64,000 bases of DNA from Alphaproteobacteria bacterium (GCA_965249135.1 OZ252220.1:1088001-1152000), one strand, 5' to 3'. Shown: positions 40,438-49,762, counted from the stretch's first letter. A program made the numbers and translations. Notes: generated by a model not told the origin, from the letters alone.

Positions 40438-40904
40438 GCGGCCTTGCCCCTCTTCGCCTTCCTCCGAGCTGACCGTTTCGTCGGAGTGTCCGGCTTCGGC
40501 GGATCCGGCTCGTTGCCCGGCACGGTGCCGATTCGATCTTCATGGTGCATCTCAACGGGTTCGACGTGGTCGACCTGCACCGGCTTCGGCTCTTCCTCTT
40601 CCGTCGAGGCCTTGCCCGCCATAATCAGCGTCTTCTCGGTGGCCGGGTCTTTCTCTACGCCACACTTTGCGCAAAACGCTGGCCCGCTTGGGCCATGCAT
40701 CCATTGATGGTCGCAGGGAACCGATATTTGCGGCCCTTCCTTGGCCCCCTCCGGCGTCGGCGGAGGCCCCCCGTCCACGACGAACCCGATCCGATCAACC
40801 AGCGTCTCGAATCGTGCCGTCAGATCACCGAAATCCGATAGGAGGTCCTCGACCTGCTGACGGAGCTCATCGAATTGTCTTTTTTCGCCCACACTCATCG
40901 ACAT
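40434..40904 (-). CDS. Hypothetical protein with CDH...CAKC motif
   Basis: ATG at 40904 with AGGAG RBS; 156 aa, basic tail. Confidence 0.6.
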   Translation of the reverse strand: MSMSVGEKRQFDELRQQVEDLLSDFGDLTARFETLVDRIGFVVDGGPPPTPEGAKEGPQISVPCDHQWMHGPSGPAFCAKCGVEKDPATEKTLIMAGKASTEEEEPKPVQVDHVEPVEMHHEDRIGTVPGNEPDPPKPDTPTKRSARRKAKRGKAA

Positions 40905-40918
40905 CTTTCGTCTCCTGG

Positions 40919-42355
40919 TTAGACGACCCCGGAGGGGCCGTAGTTGATAGGTTTCGACCAGTCGCTCGACTGGCCTTCGGATTCCAACACGCTGCGATCC
41001 TCGCCCATGCCGAGGTTGAGGTACTGCCCGGCCTCGCATGGGTGGGAATATCGGTTCTTGTCCGGCTTCGATTGATACCGCTCTTCGTTCGCCAGGCGGA
41101 GGCGGCGGTAGGCGTAGCCCCCGGCCATGCCCTTGCGGGTGATGATGCACTTCGGCGAGAGGAGGAGCCGGGGCCTGCCGTCGACCAGCTCCGAAAGTGG
41201 TTGCGCTACGGCCTCCCGGCGCACGGTGAAATCGTTGGTGATGGCGGGCATCGCATCGACGCCGACGGTGGCGAGGATCTGGAACACGGTGGTCTCGTCG
41301 GTCTGCGCCTCGGCCTCTCCGGCCGGGTCGCCCGTGATCGTGCCGACATGGAATCCTGGATAGTCGCGCCGGATCTTCGCCTTCAACTCCATGCCGAAAT
41401 TCTTGGCCCCCATGCGGATCGCGCAAAGCTCGTCGAACCACTGGATCCGGCCCATCGGGAGACGCTGGCCGAAGATGGCGGCGGGCGTCAACCCGAAGTC
41501 GAGGCCGAGCTCGATGTCGATGCCCGACACCGGATCGCATGGCTGGCAATGCACGCTGTCGAAGTATTCCTGGTAGACCGGTTGGCCCTCCATGACGAAG
41601 CCGTAATCGTTCGCCAAGTAGACCTTGATCCAATCGTCCTTCTTCGCGGCGAGCTGGTTCCGGTAGTAGTTGGGCGGCAGGTTCGGAAGGTTTTCGGCCT
41701 TCAGGTTGAGGGCCCAGGCGTCGCCGCTCTTGAACACCGCGCCGGGCTGGCGGAAGAATTCCCACCCCTCCGGGTGCGTCTCCTCGGCGAGGCCGTAGTA
41801 CCAATGGTCCTGATCCGGGGCGTTCGTGTCGCCGATGATGCCGTGCCAGGTGGGGCCGCCGTCGCGCATCGCCGGGTAGCGGCCGACGCGTCCGGTCAGC
41901 ATGTCGACGATCGACTTCGGGACGTCGCGCACCTCGTTCAGGAAAGCCCCGGTGAGCTCCATGCCGAGGATCTTCTTGATGGCGTCCGGGGAATCGAGCG
42001 CCAGGAAGATGACCTCGGCCTCGACGCAGGTCTTGTCGGGAAGACGGAAGCTCAGGTTATGGGTCGGCGGGTGGCCATGCACCATGCGGCCGAAGCGTTC
42101 ATCGAAGATCCCTTCCCAGGACTTCATCGTCGTCGTCTCGAGCTCGGGATAGGTCGAGCGGATGGCGACCCACCGGGTCCGCCGCACGTTGCGGCTGTCG
42201 GGGGCTTGCTCACAGGCGCGCCGGTAGATCTCCATGCAAGCCGCCGTCGTCTTGCCGGATCCGAGCGGCCCCATGATGAGGCGGACGAAGGCCTCCGAGA
42301 GATGGAACCGCCGCAGCGTCTCCCCGGCCGGGCGGTAGTTGAGGCTAATGTCCAG
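40919..42355 (-). CDS. terL: Terminase large subunit
   Basis: Walker A GPLGSGKT, Walker B AFLNE, DTNAP, nuclease GLDFG and SHPCEA; start uncertain (CTG near 42355 after SD, or ATG at 42442). Confidence 0.92.
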   Translation of the reverse strand: MDISLNYRPAGETLRRFHLSEAFVRLIMGPLGSGKTTAACMEIYRRACEQAPDSRNVRRTRWVAIRSTYPELETTTMKSWEGIFDERFGRMVHGHPPTHNLSFRLPDKTCVEAEVIFLALDSPDAIKKILGMELTGAFLNEVRDVPKSIVDMLTGRVGRYPAMRDGGPTWHGIIGDTNAPDQDHWYYGLAEETHPEGWEFFRQPGAVFKSGDAWALNLKAENLPNLPPNYYRNQLAAKKDDWIKVYLANDYGFVMEGQPVYQEYFDSVHCQPCDPVSGIDIELGLDFGLTPAAIFGQRLPMGRIQWFDELCAIRMGAKNFGMELKAKIRRDYPGFHVGTITGDPAGEAEAQTDETTVFQILATVGVDAMPAITNDFTVRREAVAQPLSELVDGRPRLLLSPKCIITRKGMAGGYAYRRLRLANEERYQSKPDKNRYSHPCEAGQYLNLGMGEDRSVLESEGQSSDWSKPINYGPSGVV

Positions 42356-42488
42356 GAGGAACCTCCTCCTTTTCGTCAGGCCGGAAATAGGCCTCCTCCG
42401 GTTCTGGAATTGGCATCCTCTCCCCGCCCGGCCCCTTCTCATACGGAAAATCGTTCGGATGCGTCGGCAGTTTGATGAAGTCGCTCAT
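42345..42488 (-). CDS. 47-aa linker ORF between terS and terL
   Basis: MSDFIKLPTHPNDFPYEKG...EEVPPGH*; ATGA overlap with terS stop, and its stop overlaps the terL 5' end. Confidence 0.45.
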   Translation of the reverse strand: MSDFIKLPTHPNDFPYEKGPGGERMPIPEPEEAYFRPDEKEEVPPGH

Positions 42489-43054
42489 GCTGGCTCTACC
42501 TTCTCGATCAGTGGTGACGGTGGGGTGACGTCCTTGGGCGGGGTCTCGCCGAAGCCGAGGTCGATGACGTGGTGGACCGTGACGTCGTGCTCGACCTTGT
42601 CCTGCAGCATCCCGAGATTCCGCATGAGCAGCTCGAGGGCTTTGACCTTCCCGTGCAGCTTGAACTTCGTGCTCTTCACGTCCCGGGCGTCGTCGCCCTT
42701 GCCGGTCACGTATTCGCCCTGGACGATTTCCTGGACGGCGCGGAGGCCGCTTTCCGGCAGGTGCGAGAAGTCGAGATAGATCTCCCCGGCCTCGTTGATG
42801 TGGACATAGTCGTCCATGGTCGACAGGCCGAGGTACTTTAGCTCCTCGATGATCCGCTCCTTCGTGATGCCAGCCTTAAAGGCCGCTGCGTTCTGACGAT
42901 TCTTGATGAGTGCCGCAACGTCGACATCCGTCAGCAACCGGGAGCCTTGGGACTTAGCGGTTCTCTTCGAGTAACCCGAACGGATGGCTGCTTGGGTTGC
43001 ATTGGGGTCAACAACGTATTCCTCAACGAAGCGCAACTTTCTGGGGGTCATCAT
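42485..43054 (-). CDS. terS: Terminase small subunit
   Basis: RFVEEYVVDPNATQAAIRSGYSKRTAKSQGSRLL; KLHGKVKALELL. Confidence 0.92.
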   Translation of the reverse strand: MMTPRKLRFVEEYVVDPNATQAAIRSGYSKRTAKSQGSRLLTDVDVAALIKNRQNAAAFKAGITKERIIEELKYLGLSTMDDYVHINEAGEIYLDFSHLPESGLRAVQEIVQGEYVTGKGDDARDVKSTKFKLHGKVKALELLMRNLGMLQDKVEHDVTVHHVIDLGFGETPPKDVTPPSPLIEKVEPA

Positions 43055-43121
43055 GTCGTGCCGTTCCTCATAGTGCACGACGCGAGGGGGTGGAGACTTG
43101 AGCGTTGGTGCCCCTGCATGC

Positions 43122-43730
43122 CTAAACGGCCTCTCCGGTGGCTGGTGCACTGCCCGCAGCGCGTTGGGCGAAGCCGCCGAAGGCGCGGGGGCCGGTGAGG
43201 CTGGCGCGATCAAGCAGCGCCATGCAGGCGCGGATCTCCTTGCCGGTGATTTTCCAGTTGCGCCACGGGCAGGCGTTCCATTCCTGTTCGGACCTGAAGC
43301 CCTTATCGTGGAGATACTCGACCTGGGCGAGAAGCTGGAGGCGGTTGCGGATGTGGCTTTCGAGGCAGCGCTTGAGCGCGGCGGGGACGAGCTTGCCTGC
43401 GCGGGCCTCGAGATCGCGGAAGGCTTCGGCGGTGAGTTCGGGAACGCGGCGGCCGGCGTAGTCGAACTGCTCGCGGCGGTTGATGATCTTCCCCTCTCCA
43501 CGAGCGGCCGCCGAGCTCTCGGGGATACATCGGCGAATGTCCGCAGGCTTCGGGAAGGTGAGCTTGTCCCAGGTTTCCATGCACCGCGCGAAGCCGATGG
43601 CGAGCGGCGGGCCCTGGAAATTCTTGAGAACCTGGCGGTACTGCACGGCCCAGGCGTCGATGCCAGCCTGGGTCTTGAAGAAACCTGGGTAGAGCTTGGC
43701 AAGCTCCTCAACCAATTCATTGATCTGCAT
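43122..43730 (-). CDS. Replication accessory protein (helicase loader/inhibitor-like)
   Basis: Follows initiator; W...L...FPKPADIR pattern. Confidence 0.5.
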   Translation of the reverse strand: MQINELVEELAKLYPGFFKTQAGIDAWAVQYRQVLKNFQGPPLAIGFARCMETWDKLTFPKPADIRRCIPESSAAARGEGKIINRREQFDYAGRRVPELTAEAFRDLEARAGKLVPAALKRCLESHIRNRLQLLAQVEYLHDKGFRSEQEWNACPWRNWKITGKEIRACMALLDRASLTGPRAFGGFAQRAAGSAPATGEAV

Positions 43731-44583
43731 TTTTGGCGTCCTCTTCGTTCCATTGCCCGGTGAGCGCGGCGCTGACCTTGGGCGGGGCCTTGTCGCGCTG
43801 CTCGAGGCAGGCGGTGATCCAGCCGATCGGGTCGGCGCGGTTGTCGCGTTGCGCGCCGGCGAGCTGGTCGTAGACGGCGTGGTGATCGTCGCCCGTGAGC
43901 TTCAGCCAGCGGCCGATGACGGCGCGGGATCCCTTGCGGGTGCGCTCGGTGTGGGTGGCGAGCCAGTCGAGGCCCTGGCGGAACAGCAGCACGGACCAGT
44001 CGCCGTCCGGCGGCCTCAGCATCGAGAGCGGGATGTCGAGCAGGTCCTCGTCGTTGCCGTTCGGTTTCGTTCCCGTGACCGGCTCGGGAAATTCAGGATC
44101 CGCCGGAGGCGCATCGGGCGCGACGCAAGGCGCGGCAGTCGAAGGAGCTTTAGCTCCTGAGACTGAATCCTTTCCTTTCCCTTCCTCTCCCTTCCCTTCC
44201 TCTCCGGGGGTAAGCGGTCGAGGAGGATTCGTTGGTTGTTCGGCGAGCTTTCGACGAGCAGGCGGCGAAGGGTGTCGGAGCGTCGGTCGATCAATCCGCT
44301 GGTGCTTCCACCCCGTAACTATCAGATAATGCTTATCTTCTACCGAGTAGGTCTCGATCAGCCCGACCGTGGCGAGCTCTTCGAGTAGTTGGATGATCTC
44401 GTCGTCGCTGTACTGGTCGCCGGGAAAGACCTCCATCTTGATCCGGCGCGGCGAGTAGGGATGGACGCCGCCGTCGTCGCAGAAACACCACAGCCCGATG
44501 AACAGTAGTCGAGCGGTCGGCGAGCACTCGACGACCTGCTCGCTGGAGAAGAACTCCGGCTTGACGGTACGGATACGTGCCAT
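43717..44583 (-). CDS. Phage replication initiator
   Basis: MARIRTVKPEFF...ARLLFIGLWCFCDDGG...WKHQRIDRP, low-complexity linker. Confidence 0.8.
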   Translation of the reverse strand: MARIRTVKPEFFSSEQVVECSPTARLLFIGLWCFCDDGGVHPYSPRRIKMEVFPGDQYSDDEIIQLLEELATVGLIETYSVEDKHYLIVTGWKHQRIDRPTLRHPSPPARRKLAEQPTNPPRPLTPGEEGKGEEGKGKDSVSGAKAPSTAAPCVAPDAPPADPEFPEPVTGTKPNGNDEDLLDIPLSMLRPPDGDWSVLLFRQGLDWLATHTERTRKGSRAVIGRWLKLTGDDHHAVYDQLAGAQRDNRADPIGWITACLEQRDKAPPKVSAALTGQWNEEDAKNADQ

Positions 44584-44930
44584 TCAACCTCTCCCTGGGG
44601 TTTTGGTGGAACAGACGCGGATCTCGGTGCGCGGCCGCTCGTCGTATTCCTTGTGGGCCAGGACCCCCCACACGAGCGCGTCGTCCGCAATCACGGTCTT
44701 GTTCAGGCCGTCGGGCACGCTCTTCACCAGGTTGTCGAGATCCGGGCGGGTGGAGTGGGCGAGCGCGCCGCACTTGGCGGCGTCCTTCTTCCACTTCGGC
44801 CAGGACTTGCGGATCGGGAAGCAGAAGGTGGCCTCGAGATAGACTTGCGGATCGGGAAGCAGAAGGTGGCCTCGAGATAGACCGGCGTCTCGATGGGCGG
44901 CTTGCCCCGCATGGCCTCGCGGCCGCTCAC
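44584..44930 (-). pseudogene. rusA: RusA-family Holliday junction resolvase frameshifted by a 38-bp tandem duplication
   Basis: RPDLDNLVKSVPDGLN...DDALV motif; duplication 44804-44841/44842-44879; removing one copy gives a 102-aa ORF. Confidence 0.8.
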
Positions 44931-45214
44931 GCTGCCTCCTTCAATAATTCGCGCACCTTCTCAAGGAGTTCTCTTTGCGTCCCGTAACGCGCCTCCCAGG
45001 TTTTCACGCCATTGTGAAGGGCTACGCCCCGGGGGCCGTTCTGGTGATGCGGCAGGTAAAGTGGAATCGTCTCGAAATCCGCGGCTTTACGTCCCATGTC
45101 CTGCCCGGTCAGGTGGTGGATGGAGGCGGGAGAGAAGCAGTGGCCTTCATTGCGGCAAACGATGCAACCAAGCGCCGCAACGCGGGCGAGGTGGTTCTTC
45201 TCCTCGCGTCTCAT
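44927..45214 (-). CDS. Ref-family (RecA-dependent HNH-like) nuclease
   Basis: HLARVAALGCIVC, IHH, TIPLYLPHH, WEARYGTQRELL; Tyr where Cys is expected. Confidence 0.75.
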   Translation of the reverse strand: MRREEKNHLARVAALGCIVCRNEGHCFSPASIHHLTGQDMGRKAADFETIPLYLPHHQNGPRGVALHNGVKTWEARYGTQRELLEKVRELLKEAA

Positions 45215-45290
45215 GGAGCCTCCACAAAAAAAGCGGCACCACCGGGCTTAGGGTCCCGGGGTGCCAAAGGGAGGGAGGAAGAAGAATTTC

Positions 45291-45527
45291 TCATAGCTTG
45301 GCTGCCTGAATAGGGAAACCCTTGTCCGGCCCGAAGCACTCAAGCGGCACCCCGCCGGCCTCGAGGATCGCCTCTTCGATTTCCCAATCGGTCAGGAAGA
45401 AATCGCGGCCAGGCTCCGGAGCCGTATTTCGAAGGGCTTGGCGGGCCTCGTCGGCGGTGAGCGCACCTCTCCGAATGTTCCGGATGGTCGGGACGACGCG
45501 CTTGTCCTTCGTGACCCAGGCCATCAA
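45291..45527 (-). CDS. Hypothetical phage protein
   Basis: 78 aa, overlaps upstream stop. Confidence 0.5.
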   Translation of the reverse strand: MMAWVTKDKRVVPTIRNIRRGALTADEARQALRNTAPEPGRDFFLTDWEIEEAILEAGGVPLECFGPDKGFPIQAAKL

Positions 45528-46036
45528 GCCCCCTTTAGACGATTGATCGTCGGGAAGGTGTTCGACTCGACGTCCTTCGCGAGTAGCTGGAGAGCGCGGA
45601 TCGCTTCGTCGATCTGGGTCTGCACTTCTGCCGCCGCCTTCGGCGAAATCTGCATATCGTCGGTCAGGGCGGTGTGATAGGCGTCGACCGCCTCCGTACC
45701 TTCGCGAAAGACCTCTATCACGCGGGAAAGCGCCGGCGCCGGCTCATGGTCAGGCGCCCCGCCCAAGGCCTCGACCTTCTTCTCGATCAATGCCTTGGTG
45801 GCCTCGATAATCGCTGGAGGCTGGCCCTGTAGGACAAGATGGGCGTCGATCTCGATCGCCTGGAAAAGCGGAATGTGATGGGTGTCGCAATCCGGGTCCG
45901 CCCATTTACGGACCAGCGATGCGGACTTTCCGGTGATCTCGGTGACGGCGACGTCGCCAAGCATGGCGTGGGCGTAGTGAACGCCGCCCTCGATTGAGGG
46001 GTGGGCGCGGGGCTTGCAGCGTCGGGTCTCCTTCAC
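45524..46036 (-). CDS. CII-like phage regulatory protein
   Basis: Downstream of cro; GKSASLVRKWADPD HTH-like; C-terminal helices D-ISPK. Confidence 0.6.
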   Translation of the reverse strand: MKETRRCKPRAHPSIEGGVHYAHAMLGDVAVTEITGKSASLVRKWADPDCDTHHIPLFQAIEIDAHLVLQGQPPAIIEATKALIEKKVEALGGAPDHEPAPALSRVIEVFREGTEAVDAYHTALTDDMQISPKAAAEVQTQIDEAIRALQLLAKDVESNTFPTINRLKGA

Positions 46037-46143
46037 CTATCCACTCCTCCGGCTCTCTTGCACAAGACGGCCTCCGTTTCGTCTGCCAGGATCGCCGTCA
46101 TGCCGAATTGGGTCCTCTTCGGTGAAACCACCGCCCGTGTCGT

Positions 46144-46362
46144 TCAGGCGGCGTCCTGCGGTGGGTATAAATCTGGGCGGAGCTCGGAGCGCGTCACCTG
46201 CCCGCCGGTTGCGCGTTCGACGGCGAGCACGCGATCGGCGGGGACCTTGTCCCATTGCGATATGGCTTGCCGGGTGATTCCGACGAGCTTCGCAAGACGG
46301 CCAAAAGAGCTAACAATCTCGGCGGCGCGGTTGATGGCTTTGCGTTCCGGGCTCTCGGTCAT
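46144..46362 (-). CDS. cro: Cro-like repressor (YdaS-like)
   Basis: LAKLVGITRQAISQW...VPADRVLAVERATGGQVTRSELRPDLY. Confidence 0.9.
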   Translation of the reverse strand: MTESPERKAINRAAEIVSSFGRLAKLVGITRQAISQWDKVPADRVLAVERATGGQVTRSELRPDLYPPQDAA

Positions 46363-46369
46363 GGCTTCA

Positions 46370-46410
46370 TCTATAAAGCATTGCTTTACTATAAGTCAAG
46401 CAACGCTTTG
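46370..46410 (-). promoter_or_regulatory. cro promoter with two repressor operators
   Basis: Minus strand TTGACT-18-TATAGA, 7 nt before cro ATG; palindromes TAAAGCATTGCTTTA (46374-46388) and TCAAGCAACGCTTTG (46396-46410). Confidence 0.75.
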
Positions 46411-46445
46411 GTGACGCCGCCCGGGTGCAAAGACACAATGACGGT

Positions 46446-47138
46446 ATGGTTGATCTTCAATTAACAGGGCGCACCATCGGTCAACGGTTGCGCTCCGCGC
46501 GCGCCGCCGCCAATCAGACGCAGGAAGAAGTTGCCGATGTCGCCGGGATTTCTCCGCAGGCTGTTTCGCAATGGGAATCAGATCGCACGCGGCCAGACCA
46601 AGAAAAATTGGCGCATTTGGCTAAACACTTTCGGGTGTACCTTGAGTGGTTGCTAACCGGACAAGGCCCAAAAATTAACGGAGTAGAGCTCGCGCCAGCT
46701 TCGCTTGGGAACAAGATGGTCCCCGTGATCGACCGAGTGGAAGCAGGCATGTGGGGAGAAACGGCAGATGCCTATGCACCAGGTTCGGGGTCGTCATCAC
46801 TGATGACCGACTACCCCGTCAGCAAAGATTCCTTCGCGCTCGATATTATCGGAACAAGCATGAGTCCGGAGTTCACGCCCGGCGACCGCGTCATCATCGA
46901 CCCGACCATCTCACCTCGCCCTGGCGATTTTGTGGTGGCGAAGCGTGATGTGGACGAGGCCGCAACCTTCAAAAAGTACCGCGAACGCGGAAGCGACCCG
47001 GCGGGCAAGCCAATCGTTGAGCTCGTGCCCCTCAATTCCGACTGGCCGACACTCCTCATCGACGCCGACCATCCGGGGCGGATCATCGGCACAATGATTG
47101 AGCATCGTCGCTACCGTCCGCATCATAAAGACATGTAA
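46446..47138 (+). CDS. cI: CI-like repressor (HTH_XRE + S24 peptidase)
   Basis: TQEEVADVAGISPQAVSQWE; V-AG cleavage site, GTSMSP catalytic Ser, ATFKKY catalytic Lys. Confidence 0.93.
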   Translation: MVDLQLTGRTIGQRLRSARAAANQTQEEVADVAGISPQAVSQWESDRTRPDQEKLAHLAKHFRVYLEWLLTGQGPKINGVELAPASLGNKMVPVIDRVEAGMWGETADAYAPGSGSSSLMTDYPVSKDSFALDIIGTSMSPEFTPGDRVIIDPTISPRPGDFVVAKRDVDEAATFKKYRERGSDPAGKPIVELVPLNSDWPTLLIDADHPGRIIGTMIEHRRYRPHHKDM

Positions 47139-47142
47139 AACA

Positions 47143-47361
47143 ATGATTAAAACGTCTGTCTGCGTTGCGGCCGCTCTCGTTGCCGTTGCGCTCCTGGTGA
47201 CGCTCTCGTTCTCGATCTTGCCGCAGGGCAGCACCGGCAATCTTTGGATTGTGAACAAGCTGACCGGCCATGCGCGGCTGTGTCTGCCGCCTCATCCTAA
47301 CGGGGAGATTGAGTGCCTTCCTTGGTCGCAGGCCGTTTACGCCACTCCCACGGAGCCGTGA
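47143..47361 (+). CDS. Small membrane/exported protein co-oriented with cI
   Basis: Hydrophobic N-terminus, W-VNKLTG-ARLC motif. Confidence 0.55.
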   Translation: MIKTSVCVAAALVAVALLVTLSFSILPQGSTGNLWIVNKLTGHARLCLPPHPNGEIECLPWSQAVYATPTEP

Positions 47362-47785
47362 ACCTGCCCGCCCACACCCCTGCCCTCGCCGCTTTCGCTT
47401 CCTCCTCCTCCGGCACGTAACGCTTCGAGTATTTCCGGTAGGCAAGCGCGTGGCCCTGGCGGACGAGCTCGGATCCAACGTCCACGCCATCAACCCAGCA
47501 GATCGCTACTATGCGCCCATAGCGGTCCTTGCCAGTAGGCTCGCACACGAGCTCGCCGCGCTTGAGCATCATGCGCAGCACCTCCTTCGCCTCTTCGCCG
47601 CACCTGTAAGTTTTTCCGTTCCGTTCACAAGATTGTGTGATCTCTGGCGTGTCGATTCCGTAAAGCCGGATGCGCTCACCACCTGGACCGACCAATGTGT
47701 CGCCGTCAATCACCGGACCGGCAACGCCTAGCCGGACGGCGATGAATGTCAAGACGAACGCAGCAACGGCGAGCGACCTTTTCAC
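47297..47785 (-). CDS. Exported thermonuclease (SNase) family protein
   Basis: Signal-like N-terminus from GTG 47785; VIDGDT, IRLYGIDTPE, DRYGRIVA, GVWAG..PWEWR. Confidence 0.88.
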   Translation of the reverse strand: MKRSLAVAAFVLTFIAVRLGVAGPVIDGDTLVGPGGERIRLYGIDTPEITQSCERNGKTYRCGEEAKEVLRMMLKRGELVCEPTGKDRYGRIVAICWVDGVDVGSELVRQGHALAYRKYSKRYVPEEEEAKAARAGVWAGRFTAPWEWRKRPATKEGTQSPR

Positions 47786-47849
47786 GAGTTCCTCCGGGCG
47801 GCTCTTTTGTGCGGCCGGCAGGATGCCACAGCGGCCCTTCATAAGGCTA

Positions 47850-47910
47850 TAAAGCAAAACTTTAGTGATTTAAGCAATACTTGACACTTGGTAAAGTAAT
47901 GCTTTATAGT
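47850..47910 (+). promoter_or_regulatory. Early (PL-like) promoter with three operators
   Basis: TTGACA (47881)-18-TATAGT (47905); TAAAGCAAAACTTTA (47850), TTAAGCAATACTTGA (47870), TAAAGTAATGCTTTA (47892), same consensus as the cro operators. Confidence 0.8.
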
Positions 47911-47937
47911 CGCCTCCAACGATCAACGGAGGCAGCC

Positions 47938-48249
47938 ATGCCAGAATACCTCACCCCCCGAGACGCGGCCCGCGAGGCGGAGAGCCTAGAGAGCGAGAAA
48001 GCAATCCTCGCCCGGCTCCTCGAAGCGTTTGACGCCTTCCTCTCGGCCACCAGGGACGCCATCGGCGACCTAAATCATCCCTCCGAAATCGAATCCTTCC
48101 TTGAAATGCTGGAGTCAGCCGACGCCGACTACTTGAGAGCGGCTTTCCGGGAAATCAACGAAAAGATCAGCGAGGCCCGTTCCGCCGAGGACACCTTCTA
48201 CGAAAACCAGGAACGCTCACAAACCGCCTTCCGGCAGGCAGGTGTGTGA
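47938..48249 (+). CDS. Hypothetical early protein, acidic and helical
   Basis: GGAGG RBS before ATG 47938; first gene after the early promoter. Confidence 0.65.
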   Translation: MPEYLTPRDAAREAESLESEKAILARLLEAFDAFLSATRDAIGDLNHPSEIESFLEMLESADADYLRAAFREINEKISEARSAEDTFYENQERSQTAFRQAGV

Positions 48250-48911
48250 TGACGCATCAGATTAAAAATCGTTTTAGCGGAGCCGTCATTTTCGAGGCAG
48301 TTACGGACCTGCGTAGGGCGGACCTGCATGGGGCGGACCTGCGCGAGGCGGGCCTGCGCGAGGCGGACCTGCGCGAGGCGGACCTGCGCGGGACGAACCT
48401 GCGCGGGGCGGACCTATTCGATGCGGACCTGTGTTGGGCGAACCTGGGCAAGGCGGACCTGCGCGAGGCGAACCTGCGTGGGACGGACCTGCACGGGGCG
48501 AACCTGCGCGAGGCGGACCTGCGCGGGACGGACCTGCGCGGGGCGGACCTGCGCGAGGCGGACCTGTACAAGGCGGACCTGCGCGGGGCGGACCTGCGCG
48601 GGACGGACCTGCGCGGGGCGGACCTGTGTGAGGCGAACCTGCGCGGGGCGGACCTGCGTGGGGCGGACCTGCGCGAACAGGGCATTTTGCAAATCAATGG
48701 CGGCCTGGCCTGGCCCATTTTAATCTGGCCAACCGAAATGACTATCGGCCGTGAATGCCACACCCATGAAGAGTGGAGTGCGTTTTCCGACCGCAAAATT
48801 GCTGCGATAGACGGCAAGAATGCCCTGACGTTCTGGCGCGAAAATAAGGACTGGCTTTTAGATCGCTGCCGGTGGGCCGCCACGTTCCAGAAAAAAGAGA
48901 GGGCGTCATGA
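48249..48911 (+). CDS. Pentapeptide repeat protein, copy 1 (25 repeats)
   Basis: A(D/N)Lxx repeats between [18 protein letters not shown] and a C-terminal MTIGRECHTHEEW domain. Confidence 0.88.
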   Translation: MTHQIKNRFSGAVIFEAVTDLRRADLHGADLREAGLREADLREADLRGTNLRGADLFDADLCWANLGKADLREANLRGTDLHGANLREADLRGTDLRGADLREADLYKADLRGADLRGTDLRGADLCEANLRGADLRGADLREQGILQINGGLAWPILIWPTEMTIGRECHTHEEWSAFSDRKIAAIDGKNALTFWRENKDWLLDRCRWAATFQKKERAS

Positions 48912-49005
48912 CCCGGCAGGCCATCCAGGAGGCCCGTTCCGCCGGGGACACCTTCTGTGAAAACCAGGAACGCTCACAAACCGCCTTCCGGCAGGCAGGT
49001 GTGCG

Positions 49006-49668
49006 GTGACGCATCAGATTAAAAATCGTTTTAGCGGAGCCGTCATTTTCGAGGCAGTTACGGACCTGCGCAGGGCGGACCTGCGTGGGGCGGACCTGCG
49101 CGAGGCGGGCCTGCGCGAGGCGGACCTATACGGGGCGGACCTATACGGGGCGGGCCTGCGCGGGGCGGACCTATTCGATGCGGACCTGCGTTGGGCGAAC
49201 CTGCGCGAGGCGGACCTGCGCGGGACGAACCTGCGCGGGGCGGACCTGCGCGAGGCGGACCTATTCGAGGCGGACCTGCGCGGGGCGGACCTGCGCGGGG
49301 CGGACCTGCGCGAGGCGGACCTGTACAAGGCGGACCTGCGCGGGGCGGACCTGCGCGAGGCGGACCTGCGCGGGGCGGACCTGTGTGAGGCGAACCTGCG
49401 CGGGGCGGACCTGCGTGGGGCGGACCTGCGCGAACAGGGCATTTTGCAAATCAATGGCGGCCTGGCCTGGCCCATTTTAATCTGGCCAACCGAAATGACT
49501 ATCGGCCGTGAATGCCACACCCATGAAGAGTGGAGTGCGTTTTCCGACCGCAAAATTGCTGCGATAGACGGCAAGAATGCCCTGACGTTCTGGCGCGAAA
49601 ATAAGGACTGGCTTTTAGATCGCTGCCGGTGGGCCGCTACGTTCCAGAAAAAAGAGAAGGCATCATGA
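49006..49668 (+). CDS. Pentapeptide repeat protein, copy 2 (25 repeats)
   Basis: GTG start; flanking domains nearly identical to copy 1, repeat sequence different. Confidence 0.88.
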   Translation: MTHQIKNRFSGAVIFEAVTDLRRADLRGADLREAGLREADLYGADLYGAGLRGADLFDADLRWANLREADLRGTNLRGADLREADLFEADLRGADLRGADLREADLYKADLRGADLREADLRGADLCEANLRGADLRGADLREQGILQINGGLAWPILIWPTEMTIGRECHTHEEWSAFSDRKIAAIDGKNALTFWRENKDWLLDRCRWAATFQKKEKAS

Positions 49669-49762
49669 CCCGGCAGGCCATCCAGGAGGCCCGTTCCGCC
49701 GGGGACACCTTCTGTGAAAACCAGGAACGCTCACAAACCGCCTTCCGCCAGGCAGGTGTGCG

